IMG/VR virus record: IMGVR_UViG_3300022074_000295
Span: 1-27,658 of that record
Strand: one strand, 5' to 3'
DNA length: 27,658 nt
Origin: a virus
Taxonomy: Duplodnaviria; Caudoviricetes
A program made the position numbers and the translations under genes. Positions within the stretch are counted from its first letter, which is position 1. Each line of letters begins with the position of its first letter. The notes under the pieces are model-generated. The model ran no database searches. It saw nothing but the letters and a program-made list of their open reading frames with translations, and was not told the origin of the DNA. Positions 27,601-27,658 of the stretch are shown here, in pieces.

Positions 27601-27658
27601 TTAAAAATACTTTTGTAACAGATATAAATGTTGATGACATTAGCATAGAGAATATTAT
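24642..27658 (+). CDS. Giant virion/ejection protein, partial (>1005 aa), with a putative single-chain DPBB RNA polymerase region
   Basis: Manually translated from ATG 24642 (MTEEEYGKRYTDLVRLYRSSP...) to the window end with no stop. Gly/Ala-rich ejection-like N-terminus, then ordered motifs DINKRMQ, NDGIILVS, FLKFTI, GMIIGKLG, IDFLMFDTAVKQ and LVKQF. The ORF is secure; the polymerase call is about 0.6. Confidence 0.85.
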   Translation, partial: MTEEEYGKRYTDLVRLYRSSPASFSSDDVDQIEYIAKTLGRRFSRDPQAAEETLGKQVGDVIGQFTSGLVSGFTTIPIGDDPEDIPEAIARSIGQLSGFLGYVPGLGMATKAGAMASARVLTKTAGLTAKTSPKAFKAAMQGRRAVKQFDTAIRQPGALAGKSIPMMVGKKATEYAKKYVLPPVNNQARKYFSKGVAEGLEDSFETAVQLGAASAISSWTGGVDQIIRGGLFGAIEGGVFRGITNATQLGKMIAKGGKEAKQANLAIRTISSSIYGGMQSKTFGDPIELQVYHYLLGAFFGITDVPFSQRKAIEFVNKSTGLSREEAQAGLTERMLNPELNPGFKDLSKEVQEEVVDQLDQMFGKPGDARAIFGESLRRTLSEESKENIVHEFARKKFEEFADSDENLTFEEAKQKTYDFIKDKDFSRLISSPEFYLTMNDGVKAEYDPQKGVNLSNKAIVELSFFDHEIPTVLQDPLLRWAENSIPDQPELVNSLTLDSGKIINTSIKEGRSFEEAIKGVKNNWFAKTGSLLPESTESINLLKKSFKKLSHQKRQKILIYDANKTDDTKPFFTESDGNLSDFRSINEFKADSAVAKAVKRLIPHTKNNIFLSKYTDTGKIVSTLSKNFFKITPDAGYDLDINEVNNYVIRAGLEGKPVIAGIKDSGKIVHANDWNFDDSNSAWLVDFTTKVENINRIDDSLGIRVSMTEINPATDGINNPELVEIKMVQDKYTYNNIRLLEELNGLSIEDIVRYNKEDRDAGRKERFITKPEDINKRMQPLSDGNPPLSKEIGNIKAAIVKSDDAQHYLKMLDLDETNNDGIILVSSNMFKKIANDIGADENKDGFLKFTIAGQQGDGKGMIIGKLGAFKASKKTDPFLKKNKIDFLMFDTAVKQAGLRDISTLKFTKEGISIAEEGGLQSFNIDPETVRINLNVYEKMPEDTRLVKQFVSLMDTPESIERLTKNIIRISLDGNAETNKLIQSQDFKNTFVTDINVDDISIENI

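Noticed and set aside
1-27658. Stop-codon reassignment as in some crAss-like phages
   Set aside because: Long genes are intact under the standard code, and TAA, TAG and TGA all end tightly packed genes.

Overview
An AT-rich fragment of a tailed dsDNA phage with a podovirus-like layout and no host genes. The left end (<1..1022, minus strand) holds small putative early genes. A ~630-nt divergent non-coding region (1023..1655) is rich in hairpins and promoter-like motifs. The plus strand then carries a continuous late module: small and large terminase, portal, scaffold, SU10/phiEco32-type major capsid protein, head-tail adaptors, M15 endolysin with a holin-like gene, nozzle, a 2578-aa mosaic tail fibre with two paralogous small partners, a cluster of tiny Lys-rich proteins and two ejection-type proteins. 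The last gene is a >1005-codon ORF (24642..end) missing from the ORF track because it has no stop in the window. Its last ~230 codons show the ordered motifs of the beta-like barrel of single-chain RNA polymerases (crAss-like/phi14:2 gp66, YonO, QDE-1). The leading hypothesis is a virion-packaged, ejected RNA polymerase in a phage whose capsid does not look crAss-like. A second lead is a ~190-nt promoter-driven structured RNA ahead of the packaging genes. All family calls come from reading motifs by eye; no database search was run.
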